A stretch of 64,000 nucleotides of DNA from the IMG/VR virus record IMGVR_UViG_3300048913_000208; one strand, 5' to 3'. The notes below the pieces were generated by a model. That model had not been told where the DNA came from. It made no database searches and worked only from the letters and a program-made list of their open reading frames with translations. Shown in pieces: positions 28,481-37,696 of the stretch. The position numbers and the translations under genes were made by a program. Source of the DNA: a virus. How positions within the stretch are numbered: the first letter of the stretch is position 1; each line of letters opens with the position of its first letter.

Positions 28481-30022
28481 TTGAGGATCGACGTATACAG
28501 TCACAACTTCTGTGTGACCGAGATGTCGCGAGACGAGCGTATCGCAATCGAACAATACGTTTCGCGCAATCTCGTGTCCAAAAAGATGTCCTACGAAGGG
28601 GGACGCAAACACTGGATACCCGACAAGGAATTCTACTCCAGAGATGAGCATGGGACCTACGCACGGTTCCACATCAATCTGGCAAACGACTTCCTGCGCA
28701 CCATCATGTTCTACGGCGTCCCTAAGACGAACATCAAAGTGTTTCGTTGGAAGCCGGTCGTTGATGAGCGCTCAATCATCCAGTTGGAGAAGACGCACCT
28801 CTGGGACCCAAAAGAACACCAGATCAAATGCATCGACCACATCCTGGACGATGTCAATAACCCGCACAACAAAATCATCAACCTGCAAGCAGGTGGTGGT
28901 AAGACCGAGATTTCCAAACACGCCATGTACCGCACTCAACTGCGGACCGGTTGTATCATGAAGTCGAGTTACATCGACCGATGGATTCCGGACATGGAAG
29001 ACTCCTTCGTTTATAAGAAAGGAGAGTTGCTGGAGATTTCCGGCGGTTCGGCAATGAACTCCATCATGGAGGACGCGCTCGAAGGTAGTTTGGCTGCCAA
29101 GACGTTGTTCTTCTCGACCAAGACGTTATCGCTGTACCTGGAGTCGTTTGAGCAATACGGCACCACGGACATGTATCCGATCGCACCCATTGACTTCTTC
29201 CACAGGTTGGGGATTGGCCTTGGGGTACTGGACGAGGCTCACCAGTTCACGCATGCGATCATGAAGTTCTTCTCGTATCTGCACATCCACAAGTTCGTCA
29301 ACTTGTCCGGTACACTGGAAACTCAGGACCCGTTCAAGACTCGGATGCGCGACCTGATGTTCCCGACGTCTCAGCGCTTTACGGCAGACTACTACAACAA
29401 GTACATCGTTGTGACCGCCTGCATGTATCAGCTGAAGCAGATGAACTCCATCAAGTGCACGGGCTACGGTGGGGCGTATAACCACGCCAAGTTCGAAGAA
29501 ACTCTGCAGCTGGCTAAGAACCGCGATCGTCTCAAGATGTACGTGGATATGATTGCGTACTACGTGAACATCAAGTACGTCTCGGTGCGCTCACCTGGAC
29601 AGAAGATGCTCGTGTTCTGTTCGACGATCAAATTCTGCCAAGTCGTGGTCAAGCAGCTACAGAAACTCTGGCCTCACCTGAAGATCGGTATCTACGTCAG
29701 TACCGAGAAGCAGAAGGTCAAAGATGAGGTCCTGAAGAACGCTGACATTATCGTCAGTACCGTGCTGTCTTGCGGTACAGCGGTAGACATCCCGAACCTG
29801 CGCGTAAGTCTCATGACGATCGCACTGAACTCGTGGGAGTCCAACGAACAGGCGATGTTGCGCACACGACCGTTGCGTGACTGGCCGGACGTCGATGCGG
29901 AGTTCTGTTACTTCGTATGTCAGACGATCGATAAGCACGTCACGTATCACGAAGCCAAGAGGGACTACTTCAAGAATAAAGTCAAGGCTCAATGCACTGA
30001 CATGGCACCATTTTCCATTTGA
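28481..30022 (+). CDS. superfamily 2 DNA helicase (phiKZ gp75-like)
   Basis: Walker A AGGGKT, Walker B LDEAH, motif III SGT, GTAVDIP, EQAMLRTR. Confidence 0.9.
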   Translation: MRIDVYSHNFCVTEMSRDERIAIEQYVSRNLVSKKMSYEGGRKHWIPDKEFYSRDEHGTYARFHINLANDFLRTIMFYGVPKTNIKVFRWKPVVDERSIIQLEKTHLWDPKEHQIKCIDHILDDVNNPHNKIINLQAGGGKTEISKHAMYRTQLRTGCIMKSSYIDRWIPDMEDSFVYKKGELLEISGGSAMNSIMEDALEGSLAAKTLFFSTKTLSLYLESFEQYGTTDMYPIAPIDFFHRLGIGLGVLDEAHQFTHAIMKFFSYLHIHKFVNLSGTLETQDPFKTRMRDLMFPTSQRFTADYYNKYIVVTACMYQLKQMNSIKCTGYGGAYNHAKFEETLQLAKNRDRLKMYVDMIAYYVNIKYVSVRSPGQKMLVFCSTIKFCQVVVKQLQKLWPHLKIGIYVSTEKQKVKDEVLKNADIIVSTVLSCGTAVDIPNLRVSLMTIALNSWESNEQAMLRTRPLRDWPDVDAEFCYFVCQTIDKHVTYHEAKRDYFKNKVKAQCTDMAPFSI

Positions 30023-30025
30023 TTT

Positions 30026-30052
30026 CCAGGGCAGGTCTACTGCCCTGGCTTT
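30026..30052 (+). terminator. hairpin terminator
   Basis: CCAGGGCAG-GTCTA-CTGCCCTGG then CTTT. Confidence 0.55.
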
Positions 30053-30070
30053 ATGTTGCAGGGGGCAGAA

Positions 30071-31072
30071 ATGTCGGATAGACCGTATATTTTCATGAGT
30101 CCAGGATTGAAGACAGCACTACGTGTTCACGAACGCATGTTGAGCATTTGGGGACAGTATGCAGAAGATGAAGATGGGTCGAATGACGCTATTGAAGTTA
30201 CGGGATTCAACACCCTTGCGGTAACCGGACTGCATTTCGCCACCACCCGCAGTAAACGATCAGCAAACCTGACCGAAGAACGAGTGTGTGACGGGATCGC
30301 AATCAACTACGGTCCCAGCAGTGAATACGACCGTACTTCGAACCAGGCGGTAGGTCGAGTAACTCGCATCGAATACAGCGAACATCAGGTCGATGACGTT
30401 GCGAGAGATCTGATTGAATGGCTATTATTTGGCAAAGAACCTCAGGAACGGGAAACTCGAGGTAAGATCTTCGAACGTACCGTCTTTGAATCGCCTGATA
30501 CCACCGCTGTGGGTGATGTGCACATATACCGGTTAGTTTCGCATAAAGGTAAGTTGTCCAGCAACGGCCGTAAACCGAAAGGGAGTAAGGTGACGCCAGA
30601 ACAAATCGAAAGATTGGCAGTACTTACCAACCTACCGTTTGAAGAAGGTACGTATCTCGATTTACATCGACAGCACTACTCGATGTTACGTAACGGTGTT
30701 GAAGAGGATCTTGAGAGCTCGGAGATAGTCCTATACAACGAGACGACGGGCACGCTCTACGCCGTATACGTCAGGAAGTCCGACTATAAAGCGTATTGTC
30801 ATGGCGTCTACTACGGGTTTCCCAAATGCTGCACTAAAGCGCTCTTCACGAAAAAGCGCAGTATGAAGAACGGCTGGTGGATTGGTACCGGCTACATCGC
30901 CTGTAAACAATGCGAAGATAAACCAGAAGCCGAGATCCGTGAAGGTATTACATCGCGACGTCTTGCCCCTAAGCCGTTCCCAATTGACGACATGGATACG
31001 CCTGAACACACGGTTCATTTCCTCGAGATGTTCTGTGCTGGTAAGACTGACCCTCGTCAGTACATGCTTTGA
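30071..31072 (+). CDS. hypothetical protein with C-terminal Cys-rich domain
   Basis: CHGVYYGFPKCC and GTGYIACKQC motifs. Confidence 0.75.
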   Translation: MSDRPYIFMSPGLKTALRVHERMLSIWGQYAEDEDGSNDAIEVTGFNTLAVTGLHFATTRSKRSANLTEERVCDGIAINYGPSSEYDRTSNQAVGRVTRIEYSEHQVDDVARDLIEWLLFGKEPQERETRGKIFERTVFESPDTTAVGDVHIYRLVSHKGKLSSNGRKPKGSKVTPEQIERLAVLTNLPFEEGTYLDLHRQHYSMLRNGVEEDLESSEIVLYNETTGTLYAVYVRKSDYKAYCHGVYYGFPKCCTKALFTKKRSMKNGWWIGTGYIACKQCEDKPEAEIREGITSRRLAPKPFPIDDMDTPEHTVHFLEMFCAGKTDPRQYML

Positions 31073-31077
31073 CGGCA

Positions 31078-31120
31078 TACAGCCCGGGCATTACGCCCGG
31101 GCTGTAGCTTTCTTTTTTTT
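31078..31120. terminator. terminator between convergent genes
   Basis: TACAGCCCGGGC/GCCCGGGCTGTA 12-bp stem and T-tract. Confidence 0.85.
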
Positions 31121-31122
31121 GC

Positions 31123-32697
31123 TTAGAAAGGCTTGGCGTAGAACTGAATGATATTCTGACGCTCTTCCTCGCTCGGGATGTGGCGCAGGATGGTTTCGAC
31201 GTTGCGGAACCCAGTACCGGCCATGCGAGCAGCAGGGGTGCGGGTGTCGATCATCAGACCCAGCAGTTCTTCGAAGCTGGTCAGCGCAGGCTTGGAGAGA
31301 CTGATCTTACTCCAGCCGTAGTACGCACGACCCATGTTGAACAGGGTGTTGTACTCGACGTTGATCCAGTTGAGGATGATCAGCCAGCCTTCAGCGAAGG
31401 TTGCTGGGTCTTGCTTCATCACGTCACGAATGACCTTGTAAAGCATCAGCTGAGCCTTGGCCGCGGTAGCCTCGGTCAGGTGAGGGCCGTGCTGCGTCAT
31501 CGCAGTCTTGTATTCTTCCAGCTTGTGTTTCAGTACAACCATGTCCATATTGACCTCGGTCTGAGACTTGTCGAGGTCGGCCAGCAGCTTCTCTTCGGAG
31601 TAGCTATCCCGCAGACCCAGGCGGGTACGGAACTGGGCGACCACATCTTTACGTTCGTGACGGACTTCGATCTGACCCAGCAGCGCAGCGCGCAGTTCCA
31701 GATAGGTCCAGTGGGAGATCGGCGCGGTGTCGCGGGTACGGTCTTCGATCAGTACACCGTCTTTGGTGTACCCTGGTTTCTCACCGGTAGCGATGAAGGC
31801 ACGTACCGCATCCAGCGTCCAGTTGCCAGGCAGACGCCACCGGCGGAAGATCTCGTCGACGATCAGATCGGAGTCCACACCACGAGGCGTAGCGATCTTG
31901 CCATCGAGCCAGTCTTCGAGTTCGCTGGTCTGCCAGTCTTTCAAGTTGGCCTGACGACGAATGTCTTCCAACCAGTTGCCCCGACGGGTCTTCTCAGGCC
32001 ACGCACCGGTCTTCTCGAAGAGGACCAGGTGTTTCTCAGGCCAGGCCTTGAGGGCTTGAGCAGGGAGGACATGAGCGAGCTCCAGACGCAGGTTACGTTC
32101 CGGCGCAGCGTCTTCAACTGCTTCTTCCAGAGGAGCTTCAGGTTCAGGCTCTGGCGTCTCGACCACTGCTGGTGCAGTCGACTCAGGCTCCGGAGTTTCT
32201 GGCTCCGGTTCAGTCAACTCAGCCACCGGAGCGTCGACCTCAGGTGTTGGTTGAACTACTTCGGCTTCCTGAGGAGGTAGCCCGGGCATACCGGCGTATT
32301 CCAGATCGATTTCAGGCACCGGCCGATTTGCTGCCAGTTCCGGGTGTAGGAGGATGTCTTTATAACGCCCGCCCTCTTGCTCGACAACCGGCGTCTCGGC
32401 TACGACGTCGTCACCGTCGAGTACGATCAGTTCGTCATCGGTCGGTTGCAGAGCGACGTGGTCGGCGGAATGACTACCCGGTTCCAGCAGAACTGGAGTC
32501 TCAGGCAGTTCGGAGAAGTCAATGACCTCATCCTCTACCGGATCGAGTGTTTCATCCAGTGGCTGCTCCGAAACTCCTTCCACCAGCTCGCCTGTTGCAT
32601 TTTCAGCGCCAGACTCAATTCCAGTGCCGTCCAGAGACTGATCGTCCTTAAGGTTTTCATCGTTGTTCCGGTTCCTGTTCTTTCTGCCCATGGTCAT
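31123..32697 (-). CDS. conserved phiKZ-like protein with long acidic Pro/Glu N-terminus and internal duplication
   Basis: 524 aa, downstream of vRNAP beta' fragment. Confidence 0.7.
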   Translation of the reverse strand: MTMGRKNRNRNNDENLKDDQSLDGTGIESGAENATGELVEGVSEQPLDETLDPVEDEVIDFSELPETPVLLEPGSHSADHVALQPTDDELIVLDGDDVVAETPVVEQEGGRYKDILLHPELAANRPVPEIDLEYAGMPGLPPQEAEVVQPTPEVDAPVAELTEPEPETPEPESTAPAVVETPEPEPEAPLEEAVEDAAPERNLRLELAHVLPAQALKAWPEKHLVLFEKTGAWPEKTRRGNWLEDIRRQANLKDWQTSELEDWLDGKIATPRGVDSDLIVDEIFRRWRLPGNWTLDAVRAFIATGEKPGYTKDGVLIEDRTRDTAPISHWTYLELRAALLGQIEVRHERKDVVAQFRTRLGLRDSYSEEKLLADLDKSQTEVNMDMVVLKHKLEEYKTAMTQHGPHLTEATAAKAQLMLYKVIRDVMKQDPATFAEGWLIILNWINVEYNTLFNMGRAYYGWSKISLSKPALTSFEELLGLMIDTRTPAARMAGTGFRNVETILRHIPSEEERQNIIQFYAKPF

Positions 32698-33999
32698 TTA
32701 CCTCAGGAAATTCTTGATGTCCAGGCGCACGGTTTTGAGCGCCTTGGCGTGAGCGGAAGCCATCATTCGGGCCATCATGGTAGACGGCATGTCTTGCATC
32801 ATGGACCCCACACCATCCCTGTATGCTGTCAGTTTCTTGCCCGCACACACCTCACACATATCACCGTGCTCGGTCAGACAGTACATCGGAGACAACAATG
32901 GTTGGACGGTACCCAGATACCCTTCGATGTTCTCTGGGGTGATCTTCACCACCTCACCATCGATGAGGAGGTTACGACCCAGGTTACGCGTAATGATCGG
33001 GAACGACCACGTATCCTGAGTACCGCAATAGCCAGGAACGATCTTGGCGTTCTGGAAGATACGGCCGAAGAGGTCAACGTCCTCACCCGCCATTGCGGTC
33101 AATGCACCACGGAAGTAGGAACCCGCACGCAGCGAGTTCACCATCTCCGGGTAGTACTTGAGGTCGGTCTGTTCTTGAAGACTGGTCGGTACCAATACGG
33201 CACGACCGCCCTCATTGAACCCAGCCTCAGGACCGTGGATCAGGAACATCCGCTTCAATGCCGTGTTGAGCGACTTCGTCTTGTAGAGGAAGCCTTCGGC
33301 AGGAGTTCCCTTGATGCACTTGTCGATGTAGTTCTTGACCAGCGCATCTTGGATCTTGACGTGCGTCACCGGATCGTCCAGCGTGTCCTTGTTCTCCTCG
33401 AACAACTTATCACGCAGCTCGACGTTGTCGGCGGGCGCTTGGAGAACAGCCTCGGTCACGGACGGGATGAAGATCTCATAACCGGCAAGGTCAGAGATCG
33501 CTTTCCCGAAGCGCTGGTAGTTGCGCACGTAGATGGTCTTGTCGTCTTCCTGATCTTCAGGGACGTTGGAGACCATGATCGAGATGATGTCTTCCTCGAG
33601 CTTACCGAGATCGATAGGACCAATCCGGTATGGGATCTTCTCGCCAGCTGCGTACACGAGCACACGGCTGTTGAAGAGCAGGTCACCCCAAGTAGCGTCA
33701 GTGATGTCCTGCTTGAGGTTCTCTACATCGCCTGCCATGACCCGAGGAACAGGATCGTGGTAGACGAACGGGATGTCGTAGGGCTTAGCGCCCTCCAGCA
33801 CTTCCCAGGCGAACTGACCATTGTTCGGCACACAGACTTCAACGTGCTGTGTAGTGTGGCGGAGCATCCAGTGGTCTTCCGGTGTGACTCCACCATTGCG
33901 AGTAGGAGTCAACACCACGGTAAACGCACGGAGCATCCAACGGCGCTGATAGTGCGCCTTGGCCTTCATCGATCCGATGAAGAAGTTGTACTTATCCAT
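32698..33999 (-). CDS. virion RNA polymerase beta' subunit fragment (phiKZ gp80-like)
   Basis: Bridge-helix-like GSYFRGALTAMAG; Zn site SPMYC..CEVCAG; position between helicase and polymerase exonuclease gene. Confidence 0.82.
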   Translation of the reverse strand: MDKYNFFIGSMKAKAHYQRRWMLRAFTVVLTPTRNGGVTPEDHWMLRHTTQHVEVCVPNNGQFAWEVLEGAKPYDIPFVYHDPVPRVMAGDVENLKQDITDATWGDLLFNSRVLVYAAGEKIPYRIGPIDLGKLEEDIISIMVSNVPEDQEDDKTIYVRNYQRFGKAISDLAGYEIFIPSVTEAVLQAPADNVELRDKLFEENKDTLDDPVTHVKIQDALVKNYIDKCIKGTPAEGFLYKTKSLNTALKRMFLIHGPEAGFNEGGRAVLVPTSLQEQTDLKYYPEMVNSLRAGSYFRGALTAMAGEDVDLFGRIFQNAKIVPGYCGTQDTWSFPIITRNLGRNLLIDGEVVKITPENIEGYLGTVQPLLSPMYCLTEHGDMCEVCAGKKLTAYRDGVGSMMQDMPSTMMARMMASAHAKALKTVRLDIKNFLR

Positions 34000-34910
34000 C
34001 AGTTATCCCCGAAGACAGGCTTGTAGCTCTCGTGGATGCGAGCACGGGCGCGTTCGGCTGCAGCGCGCTCCATGCCGTCAGTGTAGAGGTCATCAAGGCA
34101 ATTGCCGATACTGACTTGAGCTGATTCGAACGATTCAGAACTCATGGCAGCCAATGCGTAGAGTTCACCCACCGCCTGCTCTGGTTGCATGTCGATATAA
34201 CGACCAACGTGCACCTGATACAGAGATTCGAGCGAAGTACCCACACCCACCTGATTCGAAACCAAGTCAGCAGCGAAGGAATCGCCCGCGGCCTTCATCA
34301 TCCGACCGATACGCTGGAGCAACTTGGTCTGGTACTCAGGATCACCAGCAGGCGACTCGTTGAATGCTTCAGCCTTATTGCAGACCTTGACCAGGTTCTT
34401 GGTGAACGTATCCACCACGTCAACCACGACTTCAAACCAATCGTCGTAGGTGTACGTACCAATCAGTTCCAGAAGACGGCAGAGAGCGTCTGCATCATCT
34501 TCGGTATCAGCCATGGTTTCGCTGATAAGCGTTGGGTTGTCGGTTGGATCGAACAGCAACAACTGTTCAGCGGCTTCAGCCAGCATTTCGATACGGATGG
34601 CGTCAGCGAACTCAATACCCAGGTTGAGCAGAGAGCGAGCAATACCGACCCGCAGGATCTCATCAACCGCCGGTACAATGCCCAGGATGTCGATGGTCTG
34701 ACTGTTCATCTTGCTGCGCAGCATGTCCAGTTCGTCCATGTGGACTGACATGTTGCAACCTAACAGGGTGTTACTCAGCTGGACGTAACAACGCGTCAAT
34801 TCCTCGGCACAACGGCCGAAGCACAGCTCTTCGATCATGTCGGTAGCAGCGTTGGCATACGCCCCACGCAGGTCCTGCCCTTCAGCTGCTACGATCTCAG
34901 ATTCTTCCAT
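33999..34910 (-). CDS. hypothetical alpha-helical acidic protein
   Basis: 303 aa; stop overlaps the vRNAP start. Confidence 0.75.
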   Translation of the reverse strand: MEESEIVAAEGQDLRGAYANAATDMIEELCFGRCAEELTRCYVQLSNTLLGCNMSVHMDELDMLRSKMNSQTIDILGIVPAVDEILRVGIARSLLNLGIEFADAIRIEMLAEAAEQLLLFDPTDNPTLISETMADTEDDADALCRLLELIGTYTYDDWFEVVVDVVDTFTKNLVKVCNKAEAFNESPAGDPEYQTKLLQRIGRMMKAAGDSFAADLVSNQVGVGTSLESLYQVHVGRYIDMQPEQAVGELYALAAMSSESFESAQVSIGNCLDDLYTDGMERAAAERARARIHESYKPVFGDN

Positions 34911-34997
34911 CGGACGGCTCCCATCGATGTGCGTAAAAATTGAACAATTATGCCCCTATATATGGGTAATCAAATCGCTTCATAGTAGAGGCCAATC

Positions 34998-35447
34998 ATG
35001 ACCGACGGTCGTTATACCAGCCGCAATACGACCGAGAAGGTCAATGTTGCGCAAGTTGAAGAAGACACCAAGAATTCGGTAAACGCTGTGCGCGAAACCA
35101 TCGACGTGATCGATGAGTCCATCCGCACGTTGCCGGACAGTATCGAAGTGCTGGCATCACGCGGCGATCGGGATGGGATTAAGAAACTCCTCGTTCTTAC
35201 CGGCACCGCCAACGATGACGCTGAACGTTTCAAGAAAGAACTCAAAGGCCTGGAAGAAAAACAAGACCGGGTTCTGCAATCCAGACCCTCACGCCCACGC
35301 CATTACGCCGACCACTACACTCGTTGCTTTGCTGTAGGTGGTGAGGCGATCGAGCTGAACCAGCGGGTGATGAACGTGTCTGGTGGTCTGGTCGAACAGA
35401 TCGCTGAACTCCTGCAACCATCTTCGACTGAAGAGGCATCGTCGTGA
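34998..35447 (+). CDS. hypothetical coiled-coil protein
   Basis: GAGG RBS; heptad-like helices; divergent from upstream gene. Confidence 0.75.
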   Translation: MTDGRYTSRNTTEKVNVAQVEEDTKNSVNAVRETIDVIDESIRTLPDSIEVLASRGDRDGIKKLLVLTGTANDDAERFKKELKGLEEKQDRVLQSRPSRPRHYADHYTRCFAVGGEAIELNQRVMNVSGGLVEQIAELLQPSSTEEASS

Positions 35448-37180
35448 CTGAAAACGAAAACGAAAATACTGGCGCTGAAGTACCGGTGACTCCAGCCGAA
35501 GCTGCACCTACACCAGCTGCAGAGCAAGTATCAGCACCCAAGCCGACGGCAGCTGAGATCGAAGACAAGTTGGCAAAACAGCTCGCTGAACTCGAGAACA
35601 TGCCGACCCATCCAGAGCTGGAAGATCAACCGCAAGAAGAAGTCTTCGGCGGCGAGATGACCTCCAGTCCCAACATCGACATCGGTGTTGAGATCTTCGA
35701 AGAAGCGACCGAAGAAGAGCTCGACAAGCTGCTCGAGAAAGGCTCGTTCATCGCCGGTAACGACGATCACGAGATGCTCGACCGGATCTACACCCACATC
35801 ACCACGACTATCGTGCGGCATCAAGCCAAACGTAAGAAACTGGTAGATGTCGGTCAGGGTGGACACTTGCTGGGCGCTCCGATCGACGATCGCGGTACCG
35901 TTCTGTTCGTAACTGAGAAAGAACGCACTGCGATGGCTGCCATCTCCTATTTCCGGAAGATGGCGCGTCACGGTCTTGGTAAAGACCTCTTCGAACAGGA
36001 CCAGTGGACCAACCTGCCGCAAGTGGGCGAACACATCCTGGCTCCAGGCAAGACCTCGTTCGAGAACTCCAATAACGAACGTCTGAAGATGCGCGGCGCG
36101 CTTGGCATGTCCGGTGAGTTCCCAACTCCGCTGTGGAGTACCGGCATGCACCTGAAGACCGTTTCTCCAGGCGCTATCGAAGGTCTGCGTCTTGAGACCA
36201 AGATCGCACTCGAGAAGATTGAGCAGGCGCGTGATACGCTCGGGTACTCGCTGAGTGCCAGCGAGATCTACATGAACATTCCGGTGATTGAGTTCTGCCT
36301 GGACCGTGTTATCTCGTCCACTCTGGGTACGACCAACCGAGCCGACCTCGAGAAAGTCGTCCTGCTGACAGACCTCGAACCTCTGGCCGGTAGTGTAGCT
36401 GCTTCGATGTATCCGGACGGCTTTGTTCTTGAGCGTCCTTGCCTGAAGTCCAACGGTGGTTGCGGTACCGTAGTACGTCGCAAGATCCAATTGCGCCGTG
36501 GTCTGTTCGTTCGCTGGGAACGGGTGTCCGAACACCAGAAGAACTTCATGACCAAGCGCAGCGGTCGTCACGACGTTGCCACTATCCGCAACTACCAGGA
36601 CATGACCCGTCCAGACATCTCTCGTCTGGTGGATCTGGGCGGTGGTTATAAGCTGCGTCTGCAAGTGCCGACCATTGCTCAGTACAAGCGTATCGCCGGC
36701 AGCTGGATGTCCAACCTGACCAACGGTGCGAAAGACCTGATCGTTTCCAACGCCAACCGCGGGGAACGTGAAGACTTCATCGAGCGTCAGGCCAACATCG
36801 CGCTGATCATGGCGTACGCTCACTGGATCGTGGCCTTCGAACACGTCCCTACCATCGACGCTCCGCCGAAGACCGTAGTGACTCGTCTCGTGACTGATCC
36901 TGACGAACAGTACGCCGCTGACCAGGCGGTGGACCAGGAACTGATCGATCTGTCTGCCGACGGTGGTCAGACTCAGCGTATCGTTGCCGAGATCCGTAAG
37001 TTCATCAACGACATGACCCTGGCCGTGTTCGCCATTCCGAAGACCTGCTGCCCGAACCCTGAGTGCGGGAAGTCGATCACCGGTGACGACATTGCCAACC
37101 ATCCTGCGTTGGTACAAGTCAATACGGTCGAGCTGTTTTTTACCCTACTCCGCCACAAAATCCGGAACTCCGGAAAGTAG
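35444..37180 (+). CDS. conserved protein with Cys pairs, candidate baseplate hub/tail assembly chaperone (T4 gp26-like)
   Basis: Acidic N-terminus; PCLKSNGGCG and CCPNPECG motifs; functional call tentative. Confidence 0.5.
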   Translation: MTENENENTGAEVPVTPAEAAPTPAAEQVSAPKPTAAEIEDKLAKQLAELENMPTHPELEDQPQEEVFGGEMTSSPNIDIGVEIFEEATEEELDKLLEKGSFIAGNDDHEMLDRIYTHITTTIVRHQAKRKKLVDVGQGGHLLGAPIDDRGTVLFVTEKERTAMAAISYFRKMARHGLGKDLFEQDQWTNLPQVGEHILAPGKTSFENSNNERLKMRGALGMSGEFPTPLWSTGMHLKTVSPGAIEGLRLETKIALEKIEQARDTLGYSLSASEIYMNIPVIEFCLDRVISSTLGTTNRADLEKVVLLTDLEPLAGSVAASMYPDGFVLERPCLKSNGGCGTVVRRKIQLRRGLFVRWERVSEHQKNFMTKRSGRHDVATIRNYQDMTRPDISRLVDLGGGYKLRLQVPTIAQYKRIAGSWMSNLTNGAKDLIVSNANRGEREDFIERQANIALIMAYAHWIVAFEHVPTIDAPPKTVVTRLVTDPDEQYAADQAVDQELIDLSADGGQTQRIVAEIRKFINDMTLAVFAIPKTCCPNPECGKSITGDDIANHPALVQVNTVELFFTLLRHKIRNSGK

Positions 37181-37644
37181 TGGACGACGAAGGGAACACG
37201 ACGATACACCACGTCGCTGCTCCCTTCTTTGGGCATGGCATCTCGCCATTCCAAGAGGGTACCGAGTCGTTCGATTTGATCATGAACCATTCGGCTCCAG
37301 ACGGGATGACGGCTCAACTGTTGTTGATGGAGGCGTACGATATCGACTACGGCCTGTTCCCTCATGGCGAGGTGGATGGACCGGACGGAATCATGTCGGT
37401 AGTGGGCGCTCACGACGCGGAGATGTTGTACGGAGAATCGAAGATGTATGCGCTCATGGATGAGCTCGTCTCCTGTCGAATCCCCGAGATGACAAACACA
37501 TCGGTACACACGCTGTTGGAATGGCCTAAGTACGTGCTTGATCGGATGATCAAGCGCTACAGGCCGGGTGCACAGAAAGACGCACAGACAGCTGAAGAGC
37601 TTAAGCGAGCGATCGCTGAGGCTCAACGTAACGGTAAACAGTGA
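37180..37644 (+). CDS. small protein, candidate gp51-like chaperone partner; possible -1 frameshift fusion with the upstream gene
   Basis: GTG overlaps upstream TAG by 1 nt in the -1 frame; weak RBS. Confidence 0.55.
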   Translation: MDDEGNTTIHHVAAPFFGHGISPFQEGTESFDLIMNHSAPDGMTAQLLLMEAYDIDYGLFPHGEVDGPDGIMSVVGAHDAEMLYGESKMYALMDELVSCRIPEMTNTSVHTLLEWPKYVLDRMIKRYRPGAQKDAQTAEELKRAIAEAQRNGKQ

Positions 37645-37651
37645 AGTAAGG

Positions 37652-37685
37652 GCATAGAGCCGGGGCAAGTGCCCCGGCTCTATGC
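37652..37685. terminator. bidirectional hairpin terminator
   Basis: 15-bp perfect stem GCATAGAGCCGGGGC-AAGT-GCCCCGGCTCTATGC between convergent genes. Confidence 0.8.
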
Positions 37686-37696
37686 TGTCTCGTCAC

